DNA from: Candidatus Omnitrophota bacterium
Lineage (GTDB): Bacteria; CG03
Length of the DNA stretch: 46,468 nucleotides
Reading direction: 5' to 3'
NCBI GenBank assembly: GCA_013791745.1
Contig: VMTH01000153.1
Span: forward strand, 1 to 46,468
Positions 14,132 through 23,570 of the stretch are shown piece after piece. The position numbers were made by a program, and so were the translations under genes. Below the pieces are notes generated by a model. The model was not told the DNA's origin and did no database searches. It worked only from the letters and a program-made list of their open reading frames with translations. The stretch's first letter is position 1. Each line of letters opens with the position of its first letter.

Positions 14132-16234
14132 ATGGACAAAACCGATGTGAGATATATAAAAGGCGTGGGCCCGGGAAACGCTTTGCTGCTGGAAAAAATA
14201 GGCATACGCTCGGTAGAAGATATGTTCGCTTATCTGCCTTTCAGGATGGAAGACAGAAGGAATTATATTTCTGCGCGCGAATTAACGGCTGTCCTGCCCT
14301 CGGATGAGAGTTTTTTTGTCGCCGGAACGGTCAAAAAAATAACCGGCGGAAAATCTCCGCGCCGGCGCGCGCGTATTGTTGAGATCACGCTGGAAGACAA
14401 AGCCGGCACCGGTAATATACGTCTTCTCGCTTTTCAGAACAGGGTCAAATATATACTGGCTGTTATTGAGATCGGCCAGGAGATAGCCGTTTACGGGAAA
14501 GTGGAGCTTCTCGCGGAAGGTTTGACGATGAGCAATTTTGATTTCGAGGTGCTCAAAGCCGGAGAGAAGAGCCTCTCGTTTTTCCGCAGGGTGCCGGTTT
14601 ACCGGCTGACAAAGGGCATAAGCATCAAGCGCTTCAGGCGCTGGATGTGGAACGCTCTGGAAAAATATTCTCAATCCGTAGAGGAATTCATTCCAGCTGA
14701 TACAAGAAAACGCCTCACTCTTCCGTCTCGCCCGTCCGCTTTCAGGAACTCGCATTTTCCGGACACGCCCCGGGCGCTCTCGGAGGCATACAGAAGGATC
14801 AAGTTTGAGGAATTTTTTATTTTTGAGTGCGCCGTGGCCTATAACCGCGCTCAAATAAAAAAAACCAGAAAAGATCTAACATACAAATTGAAAAAAAACT
14901 TATTGACGCCGTGGAAGGAATCCCTTCCTTTTGATTTCACGTCCGGCCAGAAGACAGCCATAAACGATATTTTCAGGGACATGCTCTCCCCTTTCCCGAT
15001 GAACAGGCTGATCCAGGGCGATGTCGGCAGCGGCAAAACCGTGGTGGCCGCTGCCTCGGCTGTGCTCGCAAAGGAGAACGGGTATCAGACGGCTATACTC
15101 GCTCCCACGCTGCCTTTGGCCGAACAGCATTTCAAAACTCTTTCTTCCCTGTTTAGAGCCGGCGTGGTAAAAACGCTTCTTCTGACGGGCGGGATGAAAA
15201 AAGAAGACCGTCGCCTCGCTCTGGAGGAAATAAGCTCGGGAAAAGCTGATGTCGTTATCGGCACGCACGCGCTTTTCCAGGAGCATGTTAAATTCAAGAA
15301 ACTGTCGCTGGTTATAATAGATGAGCAGCAGCGCTTCGGCGTGCATCAGAAAGCCGCGCTTTCCGCCAAGGGAAGCTCGCCGGATATTCTTGTTCTCACG
15401 GCGACCCCCATACCGAGGGCTTTGTCGCTGGCTTTGTTCGGAGATCTGGACAGGAGCGAGATACGCGTGTTACCGCCGGGAAGAAAAAAAGTGGAGACCA
15501 TTCAGGGAAGTTCGCAGGAGGCCTACGGCCTGATAAGGAAACAGATAGATAAGGGTTTTCAGGCTTTTGTGGTTTATCCCTGTATAGAGGAAAATGAAAC
15601 GCAGGAAGATTATTCCGCGAAAGCCGCGTATAAATATCTTTCGGATGAGGTTTTCCCGGATTACAGGGTGACACTCCTTCACGGCCGCATGATGCCCGCG
15701 GCCAAGAGCGCGGCAATGGAAAAGTTTGCCGCCGGGAAAGCGGACATTCTCGTCTCCACAACGGTCATTGAGGTGGGTGTGGATATCCCGCGCGCGACAT
15801 TTATGCTCATTGAAAATGCCCAGATGTACGGCCTGAGCACCCTGCATCAGCTCCGCGGCAGAATAGGGCGCGGCGGAGAAAAATCCTGCTGCTTTGTGAC
15901 GGTTGCGGGCGCGGACTCTCTGGCTCTTGAGCGTATATCCTGCTTCCTGAAAAGCTCCGACGGTTTTGAGCTGGCGGAAAAAGATCTTGAGCTGCGCGGG
16001 GCCGGACAGTACTTCGGCTCGGCGCAGCACGGGATGATGGATATCAGCTTTAATTACAATAAAGCGCTGGAAGAAAAATTTCCGGATTTGTCGGACATCG
16101 CTGTCCTGAACGCCGCGCGGGAGGAGGCTTTTCCACTTCTGGAAAAAGACCCTGCGCTGCGGAATAACCGGGCGCTGAAAACAAGGTTAATGGCGCGTTT
16201 TTCGGAGGGCTTTAATCTTGCAAAGGTCTCTTAA
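14132..16234 (+). CDS. recG: ATP-dependent DNA helicase RecG
   Basis: Wedge/OB N-terminus, Walker A GDVGSGKT, motif II DEQQRFG, TATPIPR, QLRGRIGRG. Confidence 0.95.
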   Translation: MDKTDVRYIKGVGPGNALLLEKIGIRSVEDMFAYLPFRMEDRRNYISARELTAVLPSDESFFVAGTVKKITGGKSPRRRARIVEITLEDKAGTGNIRLLAFQNRVKYILAVIEIGQEIAVYGKVELLAEGLTMSNFDFEVLKAGEKSLSFFRRVPVYRLTKGISIKRFRRWMWNALEKYSQSVEEFIPADTRKRLTLPSRPSAFRNSHFPDTPRALSEAYRRIKFEEFFIFECAVAYNRAQIKKTRKDLTYKLKKNLLTPWKESLPFDFTSGQKTAINDIFRDMLSPFPMNRLIQGDVGSGKTVVAAASAVLAKENGYQTAILAPTLPLAEQHFKTLSSLFRAGVVKTLLLTGGMKKEDRRLALEEISSGKADVVIGTHALFQEHVKFKKLSLVIIDEQQRFGVHQKAALSAKGSSPDILVLTATPIPRALSLALFGDLDRSEIRVLPPGRKKVETIQGSSQEAYGLIRKQIDKGFQAFVVYPCIEENETQEDYSAKAAYKYLSDEVFPDYRVTLLHGRMMPAAKSAAMEKFAAGKADILVSTTVIEVGVDIPRATFMLIENAQMYGLSTLHQLRGRIGRGGEKSCCFVTVAGADSLALERISCFLKSSDGFELAEKDLELRGAGQYFGSAQHGMMDISFNYNKALEEKFPDLSDIAVLNAAREEAFPLLEKDPALRNNRALKTRLMARFSEGFNLAKVS

Positions 16235-17270
16235 AAATAATATCATAAAGATTATGATGAAAATTGACAGAATTCTGATTTTATCTGCGGTATGTATTGC
16301 AGGAACATTGTACGCGTCTCTCGCGAATGATCTGCAAAAAGACATTGTTTCCGACACGCCCCTTGTCCGTCGCCGCGCGGTGTATTCCATTATTCACTCC
16401 ACTCTTCCCCCCGTTACGGCCATGAATCTTCTGGGCGTGGCGGCCTCGGATGATGATCTGCTCGTGAGGAGGCTCGCCGTATCCGGGATCACCCAGTTCA
16501 GCCGCTTTTTCGCCGAGGCCCGTATTGATCCCGTTATGGAGGTGGATGTCTCTACCTCCGTGGTTACGGATGAGCTCACGGAAGATACCACCTCACAGCA
16601 GGAAATAACCTTGACGAGCATAGCGCTGGATATATTGAGAACCGCTTTGAGTGACAGCGCCGCGGTCATAAGGGCCGACGCCGTCCGCGTGCTGAGCGCC
16701 TTTCCCGCCTCTATCGCGGGAGGGGATGTTCTTTCTATGCTGGACGATTCCAGTTTTATAGTCGTAAAAGAGGCTCTCCGCGCGGCCGCGAATCTGCGAA
16801 TGGCCGGGGCCGCCGAGAAAGTGGATGACTTGCTGAAACACAAGGGCGAGATCGTCAGAGTCGCCGCCGCGGAGTTTGCCGGAAATATGCGGCTGGAAGA
16901 ATACTTTAAACAATTGCAGAAGATGGCCTCCAAAGATAAGTCGGCGGAAGCGCGGAAAACAGCGCTTCAGGCGATGATTAAAATACGCCCTGAGGAAAGC
17001 GGCGCGATCTTAAAAGATTATCTGGAAGAGAAAGATATGAACATAGCGCTCGAGGCTGCTCTTCTGCTGGCAAGAGATTCTGATTATTCCGGCAAAAAAA
17101 CCGTATTTTCGGCGCTGGAAAGCAAGGATCCGGGAATTCGCCTGGCAGCGGCGAAAGTGCTGCTATATTATGATGACGAAGAGAGCCGCGGACTTTTCAG
17201 GAGTCTTCTGAATGACAGTGACTCCGAAGTGAGAAGTTTCGCCGAGAAGAATAACAGGAGGGAACAATGA
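16218..17270 (+). CDS. HEAT-repeat (PBS-lyase-type) protein with N-terminal membrane anchor
   Basis: Repeated ..D..xVRxxAxxxL.. units (LVRRRAVYSI, LVRRLAVSGI, VIRADAVRVL, IVRVAAAEFAGNM, GIRLAAAKVL, EVRSFAEK). TTG start at 16218 with GGAGG 8 nt upstream; ATG at 16251 is an alternative. Confidence 0.7.
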   Translation: MQRSLKNNIIKIMMKIDRILILSAVCIAGTLYASLANDLQKDIVSDTPLVRRRAVYSIIHSTLPPVTAMNLLGVAASDDDLLVRRLAVSGITQFSRFFAEARIDPVMEVDVSTSVVTDELTEDTTSQQEITLTSIALDILRTALSDSAAVIRADAVRVLSAFPASIAGGDVLSMLDDSSFIVVKEALRAAANLRMAGAAEKVDDLLKHKGEIVRVAAAEFAGNMRLEEYFKQLQKMASKDKSAEARKTALQAMIKIRPEESGAILKDYLEEKDMNIALEAALLLARDSDYSGKKTVFSALESKDPGIRLAAAKVLLYYDDEESRGLFRSLLNDSDSEVRSFAEKNNRREQ

Positions 17271-18211
17271 GGATAATTATCGCGCTTGTTTTATGCACCG
17301 GACTGGCCCTTGCCCAGCAGGGAGGAGCTGAAAATCAGTTTAAGCTCATGAAAAGCACATCGCCCGCCGTGCGCCGTGAAGCCGTCAGGGACATAGGCAG
17401 AATGAGACAGCCTTCTTCCGTGAATATTCTCTGCGAAGCGCTTGAAAACGACGCTGATTTCGGCGTGCGCGCCATGGCGGCGGAAGCTCTCGGCAATATG
17501 CGCAGTAAGGAGGCCGTTCCATCTCTGGTGAAGGCACTCAATGACAAAAACAGAAATGTCCGGTCGTCGGCCATCGTGGCCTTTGGTTATATAAGGGATA
17601 AAAATTCCGTTCAGCCGCTCGTGGAATATTTAAAGAAGGAAACTGACCTCGGTTTGCGCCTGTCGGCTGTCAATGTCCTGGGGGTTATAGGCTCCGATGA
17701 AGCAGGCCCGGCCCTGATAGAGATGCTTGAAGGCCAAAATCCCCGCCTGAGTTCCGTTGCCGCGCAGTCTCTCGGCAGGATGCGCTATTCACAAGCGGCC
17801 AAGCCACTGATGAAAGTTGCCGCTAAAAGCAAGGAAGAGTCTTCGCGTATCGCGGCCATAAAAGCCCTGGGCGAGGTAAGGAACCCCGAAGCCGTTAAAA
17901 CCCTTGAGGAGCTGCTGGAAAAGGAAAAATCTCAGGATGTTCAGTATGCCCTTGTGTATTCTCTCGCTCAGCTGGGCAGTGACAAAGGTTTCGCCTTAGC
18001 CCTTGACGCCGCCAAATCGGAAAACATAGAAACAAAAAGAAACGGCATCCGCGCGCTCGGACTGATGAAGCAGAAAACAAAAGAAATTGAAAATATAGTT
18101 ATTGAGGCATCAAAAAGCGAGAATACCGGGCTGAAAAGAGACGCCGAGGCAACGGCTTCTTATCTGGATATAAAGCTGCCGCCGCCCGAAAAAACGCCGT
18201 CAAAAAAATAG
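17267..18211 (+). CDS. HEAT-repeat (PBS-lyase-type) protein with signal peptide
   Basis: Signal MRIIIALVLCTGLALA. Regular about 31-aa repeats (AVRREAVRDIGRM, GVRAMAAEALGNM, NVRSSAIVAFGYI, GLRLSAVNVLGVI ...). ATGA overlap with the previous gene. Confidence 0.75.
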   Translation: MRIIIALVLCTGLALAQQGGAENQFKLMKSTSPAVRREAVRDIGRMRQPSSVNILCEALENDADFGVRAMAAEALGNMRSKEAVPSLVKALNDKNRNVRSSAIVAFGYIRDKNSVQPLVEYLKKETDLGLRLSAVNVLGVIGSDEAGPALIEMLEGQNPRLSSVAAQSLGRMRYSQAAKPLMKVAAKSKEESSRIAAIKALGEVRNPEAVKTLEELLEKEKSQDVQYALVYSLAQLGSDKGFALALDAAKSENIETKRNGIRALGLMKQKTKEIENIVIEASKSENTGLKRDAEATASYLDIKLPPPEKTPSKK

Positions 18212-18288
18212 TTTAAACCTTTGCCTTCTTTGTCTCGGCGAGGAGGTATGCTAATTTTATTTTTGGAATATTGTTCAGGAGGATAGTG

Positions 18289-20772
18289 ATGAAACAGACA
18301 ATGACTGAGATGCAGTTCAAAGCGGAATTGGCCAAATGCGAATATTGCGAGGAAAGGCCCTGCGAATCCGCTTGCCCGGCGAATTGTTCGCCTTTTGAAT
18401 TTATAATGGCCTCGAAAGAGGGCGAAGCTCAGGATTATCTGCGAGCCGCATCCGCGATAATGAAGAGCAATCCGCTCGGCGGCGTCTGCGGCACGGTTTG
18501 TCCCGACAGGCACTGCATGGCGAAATGTTCGCACAAGGATTTTGACGGTTCCGTCAAAATACCCGAGGTGCAGGCCTACATAATACAGAAGGCCGGGGAG
18601 TTGGGCGGTATCCCGTGTTTTAATAAAGCGAAACCAAAAGGGGAAAAAATAGCTGTCATCGGCGCCGGGCCCGCCGGACTTGCCGCGGCGGCGGTGCTCT
18701 CGCAGAAGGGCTATCAGGTCGCTGTCTTTGAGAAAAACCGCCTTCCCGGCGGAGCCTGTAATCTCATACCCGCTTTCAGGCTGGACAGGAAGATCATCAA
18801 GACGGATATAGATTTCATAAAAGCGCTCGGAAGCATAGAGATACGCACAGGTCAGGCGGTGAAAGAAGCGACGGACCTGCTCAAAAAAGGTTATAAGGCC
18901 GTTATTTCGGCCACGGGTCTCTGGGCGCCGATTCTTCCCGGAATTGAAAATCAGGGCAAGGCTGTCAATGTCATAGACTATTTGATCAATCCGAAAAAAT
19001 ACAAATTCGCGGGCAAAGTCGCTGTCATAGGCGGTGGGGCATCCGCGGTTGACTGCGCGGTGACGGCGAAAAAAAACGGCGCCTCAAAGGTGGAGATGTT
19101 TATCCTTGAAACAGTTTCCGAGATGCCGCTGAGCGCCAAGGAAAGAGTAGAGCTCCTTGAAAACGGCATTGAACTGACCAACAGAACATCGGTGACGGCG
19201 ATAAAGACAAAGAGCGGAAAAATTTCAGGGCTCACAACGGTAAAGGTCGATCTTGCCGCCGGCAAAAAATTCGCGCTCAAAGATCTGAAGACGATCCCCG
19301 GCACGGAGCAGTCAAGAAACGACATCAAAAATGTGATCATCGCCATAGGCACCCGCGCCGAAAAACGTTTTGCCACGGCGAAAGGAGTTTTCTCTGCGGG
19401 AGATTATGCCAACGGCCCCACGACGGTTGTCGAGGCTGTCGCTTCCGGAAAAAACGCCGCGGAAGATGCCGCGGCTTATCTTGCCGGCAAAAAAGCATCG
19501 AAGGTGAAAAAGGATGTTAAGAGCACCGTGGAGATCAGCGGCTATGAGCCGCTCCCCGTTTCTCTTGAGACGGATTTCTTCGGCAGAAAAATAAATTCAC
19601 CGTTTCTGCTTTCTGCGGCCCCCCCGTCGGACGGTTATGACCAGATGAAGAAAGCTTATGAAGCCGGCTGGGCGGGCGGAATTATGAAGACCGCTTTTGA
19701 CGGTGGCGGTATACACATCCCCGGCGAATATATGCATACTTTCAACGACACAACTTACGGCAATTGTGATAATGTGTCAGGGCACACCCTGACAAGAGTC
19801 TGTGGAGAGGTAAAAAAACTGGTAAAAGAATTTCCGGATAGGCTGACAATGGCTTCAACTGGAGGCCCTGTCACAGGAAACGATAAGGAAGACAAAAAAG
19901 GCTGGCAGGCCAACACGAAGAAACTTGAAAACGCCGGAGTTATGGGTATAGAGTATTCTCTTTCCTGTCCTCAGGGCGGCGACGGCACCGAGGGAGATAT
20001 CGTTTCGCAGAACGCCGCGCTCACGGCCAGGATAATAGACTGGGTGATGGAAGTGTCAGACCCGAAAATACCGAAACTCTTCAAGCTCACCGGCGCGGTC
20101 ACCTCTATTGTTCCGATAGCCAGGGCCATCAAGGAAGTGTTTGACAAATATCCCGGTAAGAAAGCCGGCATCACACTCGCCAACACTTTCCCCGTCGTGG
20201 ATTTCAGGCCCGGCAAAAAAGGCAAATGGGATGAAGCCATTGTTTTCGGTATGAGCGGCGAGGCGGTGGCCCCGATAAGCTATAACAACCTGGTATGCGC
20301 GATGCCTGTGGGGCTTTCAATATCCGGCAACGGCGGGCCTATGAATTACAAACAGGCGTCTCATTTTCTCGCCATCGGCGTGAAGACCGTGCAGTTCTGC
20401 ACGATGCCGACAAAATACGGCTACGGTATATACGATGAACTTTGCAGCGGCGTGAGTTATCTTATGAAGCAGAGAGGGATCAAATCCATGAAAGATCTCA
20501 TAGGAATAGCCCAGCCCAATCCCATAACAGGTTTTATGGATATTTCACCGACGAAAAAAATATCGTCGCTTATAGATAAGGAAATTTGTCTCAGCTGCGG
20601 CAACTGCGCGCGCTGTCCCTACCAGGCGATCTCGCTCGACAAAGACGGCTTCCCGGAGATCGACCCCGCGAAATGCATCGGCTGTTCCATCTGTACGAAG
20701 AAATGCTTTACCGGCGCTCTTGAGATGAGAAAGAGAACTCCGAAAGAAATGAAACAGCTCAAAGAAGATTAA
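18289..20772 (+). CDS. Fused dihydropyrimidine-dehydrogenase-like Fe-S flavoprotein (GltD/PreT-like module + PreA/DHOD-like TIM barrel + 2x[4Fe-4S] ferredoxin tail)
   Basis: N-terminal Cys clusters (CEYCEERPCESACP, CGTVCPDRHC). Two Rossmann motifs (KIAVIGAGPAGLAAA, KVAVIGGGASAVDCA). PreA-like barrel with active-site LSCPQGG. C-terminal CLSCGNCARCP and CIGCSICTKKC. ATG 18289 has AGGAGG 6 nt upstream; the listed TTG 18271 is less likely. Confidence 0.75.
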   Translation: MKQTMTEMQFKAELAKCEYCEERPCESACPANCSPFEFIMASKEGEAQDYLRAASAIMKSNPLGGVCGTVCPDRHCMAKCSHKDFDGSVKIPEVQAYIIQKAGELGGIPCFNKAKPKGEKIAVIGAGPAGLAAAAVLSQKGYQVAVFEKNRLPGGACNLIPAFRLDRKIIKTDIDFIKALGSIEIRTGQAVKEATDLLKKGYKAVISATGLWAPILPGIENQGKAVNVIDYLINPKKYKFAGKVAVIGGGASAVDCAVTAKKNGASKVEMFILETVSEMPLSAKERVELLENGIELTNRTSVTAIKTKSGKISGLTTVKVDLAAGKKFALKDLKTIPGTEQSRNDIKNVIIAIGTRAEKRFATAKGVFSAGDYANGPTTVVEAVASGKNAAEDAAAYLAGKKASKVKKDVKSTVEISGYEPLPVSLETDFFGRKINSPFLLSAAPPSDGYDQMKKAYEAGWAGGIMKTAFDGGGIHIPGEYMHTFNDTTYGNCDNVSGHTLTRVCGEVKKLVKEFPDRLTMASTGGPVTGNDKEDKKGWQANTKKLENAGVMGIEYSLSCPQGGDGTEGDIVSQNAALTARIIDWVMEVSDPKIPKLFKLTGAVTSIVPIARAIKEVFDKYPGKKAGITLANTFPVVDFRPGKKGKWDEAIVFGMSGEAVAPISYNNLVCAMPVGLSISGNGGPMNYKQASHFLAIGVKTVQFCTMPTKYGYGIYDELCSGVSYLMKQRGIKSMKDLIGIAQPNPITGFMDISPTKKISSLIDKEICLSCGNCARCPYQAISLDKDGFPEIDPAKCIGCSICTKKCFTGALEMRKRTPKEMKQLKED

Positions 20773-20910
20773 AATAACTGCAAATTTGGCGAATGGAGAA
20801 ATTAGAACGCATGGCTATGTCGAATTTCTTGAAGCTGAAAAATGTTTAAAAAATGCAGATGTATTTAAGATTTCTGTTGATGAATTGAACGGAAGAAATA
20901 AGGAGATAAA

Positions 20911-21783
20911 ATGAGCAGAAAAAATTCAAAAGCAGAATTTGTTAAATGGCTCGGGCCACTTTTAGATGCATTGCGAGATTTAGGGGATTCGGGTAAGCCA
21001 AGGGAGGTTTCAAATAAAATTGCTGAGAATTTAAGTTTACCGGATGATTTATTAGATGAGATTTTAAAATCAGGTATAAACAAATTTCATAATCAAGTGG
21101 CATGGGCAAGACGATACCTTGTTTGGGAAGGTTTGTTGGATTCTTCAAAATATGGAACTTGGAAACTTACGGAGGAAGGGAAGAAAACACATTTAAATGA
21201 CGAAGAAGCAAGAAATATATTTTTAAAATGGGTTGAAATATATCAAAGGGCAAGAAAGGAAAAAGAAAGCTCTAAAATAATTGAAGATCAAGAAGAAAAA
21301 ACTCCTGAAGAATATCAAAAAGAAACTCCTGCTGATTTACTTTACACATTACAGAATTTATCGCCGTCAGGATTTGAAAAAATATGCAAGGAATTATTGA
21401 GAGAACATGGTTTTGACAATGTTGTTGTTACCGGCGCATCTCACGACGGCGGAATTGATGGATACGGTACATTAGAACTAAATCCTTTTGTTAGTTTTAA
21501 AGTTATTTTTCAATGTAAAAAATATCAGGGTTCTGTATCTAGGGCGCAAGTAGGAGATTTTAGAAATGCTATGATCGGTCGGGCTGAAAAGGGGATAATT
21601 CTGACAACCGGATCTTTCACGAGTGAAGCGATAAAAGAAGCAAATAGGGAAGGTGCTCCGCCAATAGAATTAGTAGACGGGAATAAATTAATTGAAATGT
21701 TTGAAAAAGTAGAATTAGGGGTTAATGCTAAAGTCGTATATGAGGTTGATGTAGAATATTTTAAAAAATATATTGACGAATGA
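20911..21783 (+). CDS. mrr: Mrr-family type IV (modification-dependent) restriction endonuclease
   Basis: Mrr_N-like winged-helix N-terminus (FVKWLGPLLDALRDLGDSGKPREVSNKIAE). Mrr_cat core with D..QxK (GGIDGYG..VIFQCKKY). AAGGAG RBS 6 nt upstream. Confidence 0.85.
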   Translation: MSRKNSKAEFVKWLGPLLDALRDLGDSGKPREVSNKIAENLSLPDDLLDEILKSGINKFHNQVAWARRYLVWEGLLDSSKYGTWKLTEEGKKTHLNDEEARNIFLKWVEIYQRARKEKESSKIIEDQEEKTPEEYQKETPADLLYTLQNLSPSGFEKICKELLREHGFDNVVVTGASHDGGIDGYGTLELNPFVSFKVIFQCKKYQGSVSRAQVGDFRNAMIGRAEKGIILTTGSFTSEAIKEANREGAPPIELVDGNKLIEMFEKVELGVNAKVVYEVDVEYFKKYIDE

Positions 21784-21872
21784 TCTTTTTAGAGCAGTTC
21801 CCTTTGCAATTTCTAATCTTGTCAATAATAGTTTTCATTCCCTGTCTATTGTAAGCCTGCAACCAATCAGCA

Positions 21873-23432
21873 TTATTTGCGCTGGTCGGGCTTGGCCGTT
21901 CTTGGCCCGGCCCACTTAGAATAAATTTTCTTAAAGTCGGCATAAAGTTTCCGCAACAGCTGAAGTTCTTTTTTCTTGACCAATCTCCCATGCATTATCT
22001 TATTTCTAATCGGAATAATTTCACTTATCCAAGACAGGAGTTTATCTTTGTTTCTGTTTCTCTCAGTAAGAAAATACTTTCCGAATATGCCCTGCCAATT
22101 TGCTTTTGTTTTTATTATTTTCTGCAAATCCTTTAAATACATATACGCAAAGGACTCATAAAGGCATGAATCATCCTCTCTTCTCGCCGCACAAGTTTTC
22201 TTAATTTCTCCATCCGCAACACCACTAACCCACCATTTTTTAGTACCATACAAACTCTTTAAGTTTTCCTTAACAAATTTGCGGAGCATTGTCTCCAACG
22301 ATAATACAAGCTCATATCCCGGCGTATTATAATTACTTACCTTTTCCAGTAAATCTTCTGTCCGCGTGCCAGCTTTAATTTTCCTAATTTTCTTATGGGT
22401 CTTTACCCATTTAATAAATTTTCCGCACTTTTTAGTAAATGCTTTTTGTTGCTCATCTTCCCCCACTTCTTGTAGGTATTTCTGAGCATTATCATATTTC
22501 CCTAAAATCGTGCATTCAAAAAGCCTTGCTATTTTCTCATATGTTTTTCTTATGTTTTTTTTCTCTCTTTCTGTGCGCCGCAATACCATTATATCCATAT
22601 AGGCATTTGAGATTATATTATCTATTTGCCCCTCAGATCTTTCAAGTAACGCATTGACACAAAGCTCTATTCTGTCGTCAATGGTTGTGATACTTTTTAC
22701 AACACCGTCAAAATAATATAATTCCTCTTGCCATTTAATCTGCTGTTTGAATTCAGAATCATCTATTTTATTATGCAAATTAAATTCCTTCAATCTCATA
22801 TAAAGCTCAAAGGCGTCTAACACCTTCCCTTTGCTGAAATAATTATCGGCCAGTATTAACGAACTTATATATCTATCCCCGTCATTAAGATCCTCATCCA
22901 ACAAAAATTGTTTACCATAAATTTTTTCAATTAACAGAGAGATTGAAATATTTTGCATTCCCAAAAAACCGCAAAACATCCAACAGAAGGCAGCTTCTAA
23001 AGCTTTATCAAAAACTAAGTCGATTCGTTTCAATATAAATATCATTAATCTTTGAAGATTGCCTAAATATGCATCTCTATTTTCAAGATGGCTATTGTCA
23101 TCTGCCAAATAATTATCATAACCCATAAGGTGACCTACTGCATTCATATACTCATTAAAATCGTTCCACCCCTTTTTTATACCCTCTTCAAAAATTGGCT
23201 CGAAATTCGTGTCGGCAAATATATTCGAAAACAAATATGCGAAATATAGATTCTTATCCTGTGGATTTTTATGGAATTTTCGTTCAATATTAGTTATTGT
23301 TTTTGTGTCTATTCTCAACTCAGATTTAGTGGTGCCAACAATATGGGGCAACCATCCCCTCTCCCATTCATAATGGTATTCGGCTTTATTAACTGGACAA
23401 GCTACTCTTGCGTTTGGAGCAATTTTAATCAT
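21873..23432 (-). CDS. Unknown about 385-aa N-terminal region fused to a C-terminal Swt1-like HEPN (predicted RNase) domain
   Basis: The C-terminus reads LETMLRKFVKENLKSLYGTKKWWVSG..YLKDLQKIIKTKANWQGIFGKYF..IIPIRNKIMHGRL. The Rx4H catalytic motif RNKIMH lies at nt 21990-22007. No motif is recognised in the N-terminal part. Confidence 0.7.
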   Translation of the reverse strand: MIKIAPNARVACPVNKAEYHYEWERGWLPHIVGTTKSELRIDTKTITNIERKFHKNPQDKNLYFAYLFSNIFADTNFEPIFEEGIKKGWNDFNEYMNAVGHLMGYDNYLADDNSHLENRDAYLGNLQRLMIFILKRIDLVFDKALEAAFCWMFCGFLGMQNISISLLIEKIYGKQFLLDEDLNDGDRYISSLILADNYFSKGKVLDAFELYMRLKEFNLHNKIDDSEFKQQIKWQEELYYFDGVVKSITTIDDRIELCVNALLERSEGQIDNIISNAYMDIMVLRRTEREKKNIRKTYEKIARLFECTILGKYDNAQKYLQEVGEDEQQKAFTKKCGKFIKWVKTHKKIRKIKAGTRTEDLLEKVSNYNTPGYELVLSLETMLRKFVKENLKSLYGTKKWWVSGVADGEIKKTCAARREDDSCLYESFAYMYLKDLQKIIKTKANWQGIFGKYFLTERNRNKDKLLSWISEIIPIRNKIMHGRLVKKKELQLLRKLYADFKKIYSKWAGPRTAKPDQRK

Positions 23433-23570
23433 ATTTTTATCATGGCATTACCGTCTATTTTCCCCGTGCGTTCGGTAGATGGCGTTCGCCTGGAGCGGGG
23501 CGACAATTTTGTTGCGACCAAACATCATAAATTTTCTGAAATATAAACATTTTTTCATTCTGAAGCCATT

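Noticed and set aside
14282-16030. Several minus-strand ORFs of 120-190 aa inside recG (14282..14854, 14900..15346, 15396..15761, 15470..16030)
   Set aside because: All are antisense to recG, whose helicase motifs are unambiguous. They are Arg/Pro/Ser-rich, as expected for antisense frames.
18248-18286. 12-codon upstream mini-ORF (MLILFLEYCSGG*) whose end forms the SD of the flavoprotein gene
   Set aside because: Its ATG sits only 1 nt after its own GGAGG, which is too close for initiation. It has no attenuator-like structure and is probably fortuitous.
20771-20914. Stop-free frame (..ANGEIRTHGYVEFLEAEKCLKNADVFKISVDELNGRNKEIK*) ending in an ATGA overlap with mrr
   Set aside because: It has no ATG or GTG start and no RBS. 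It could be a remnant of an earlier gene at the island border but cannot be supported as a CDS.
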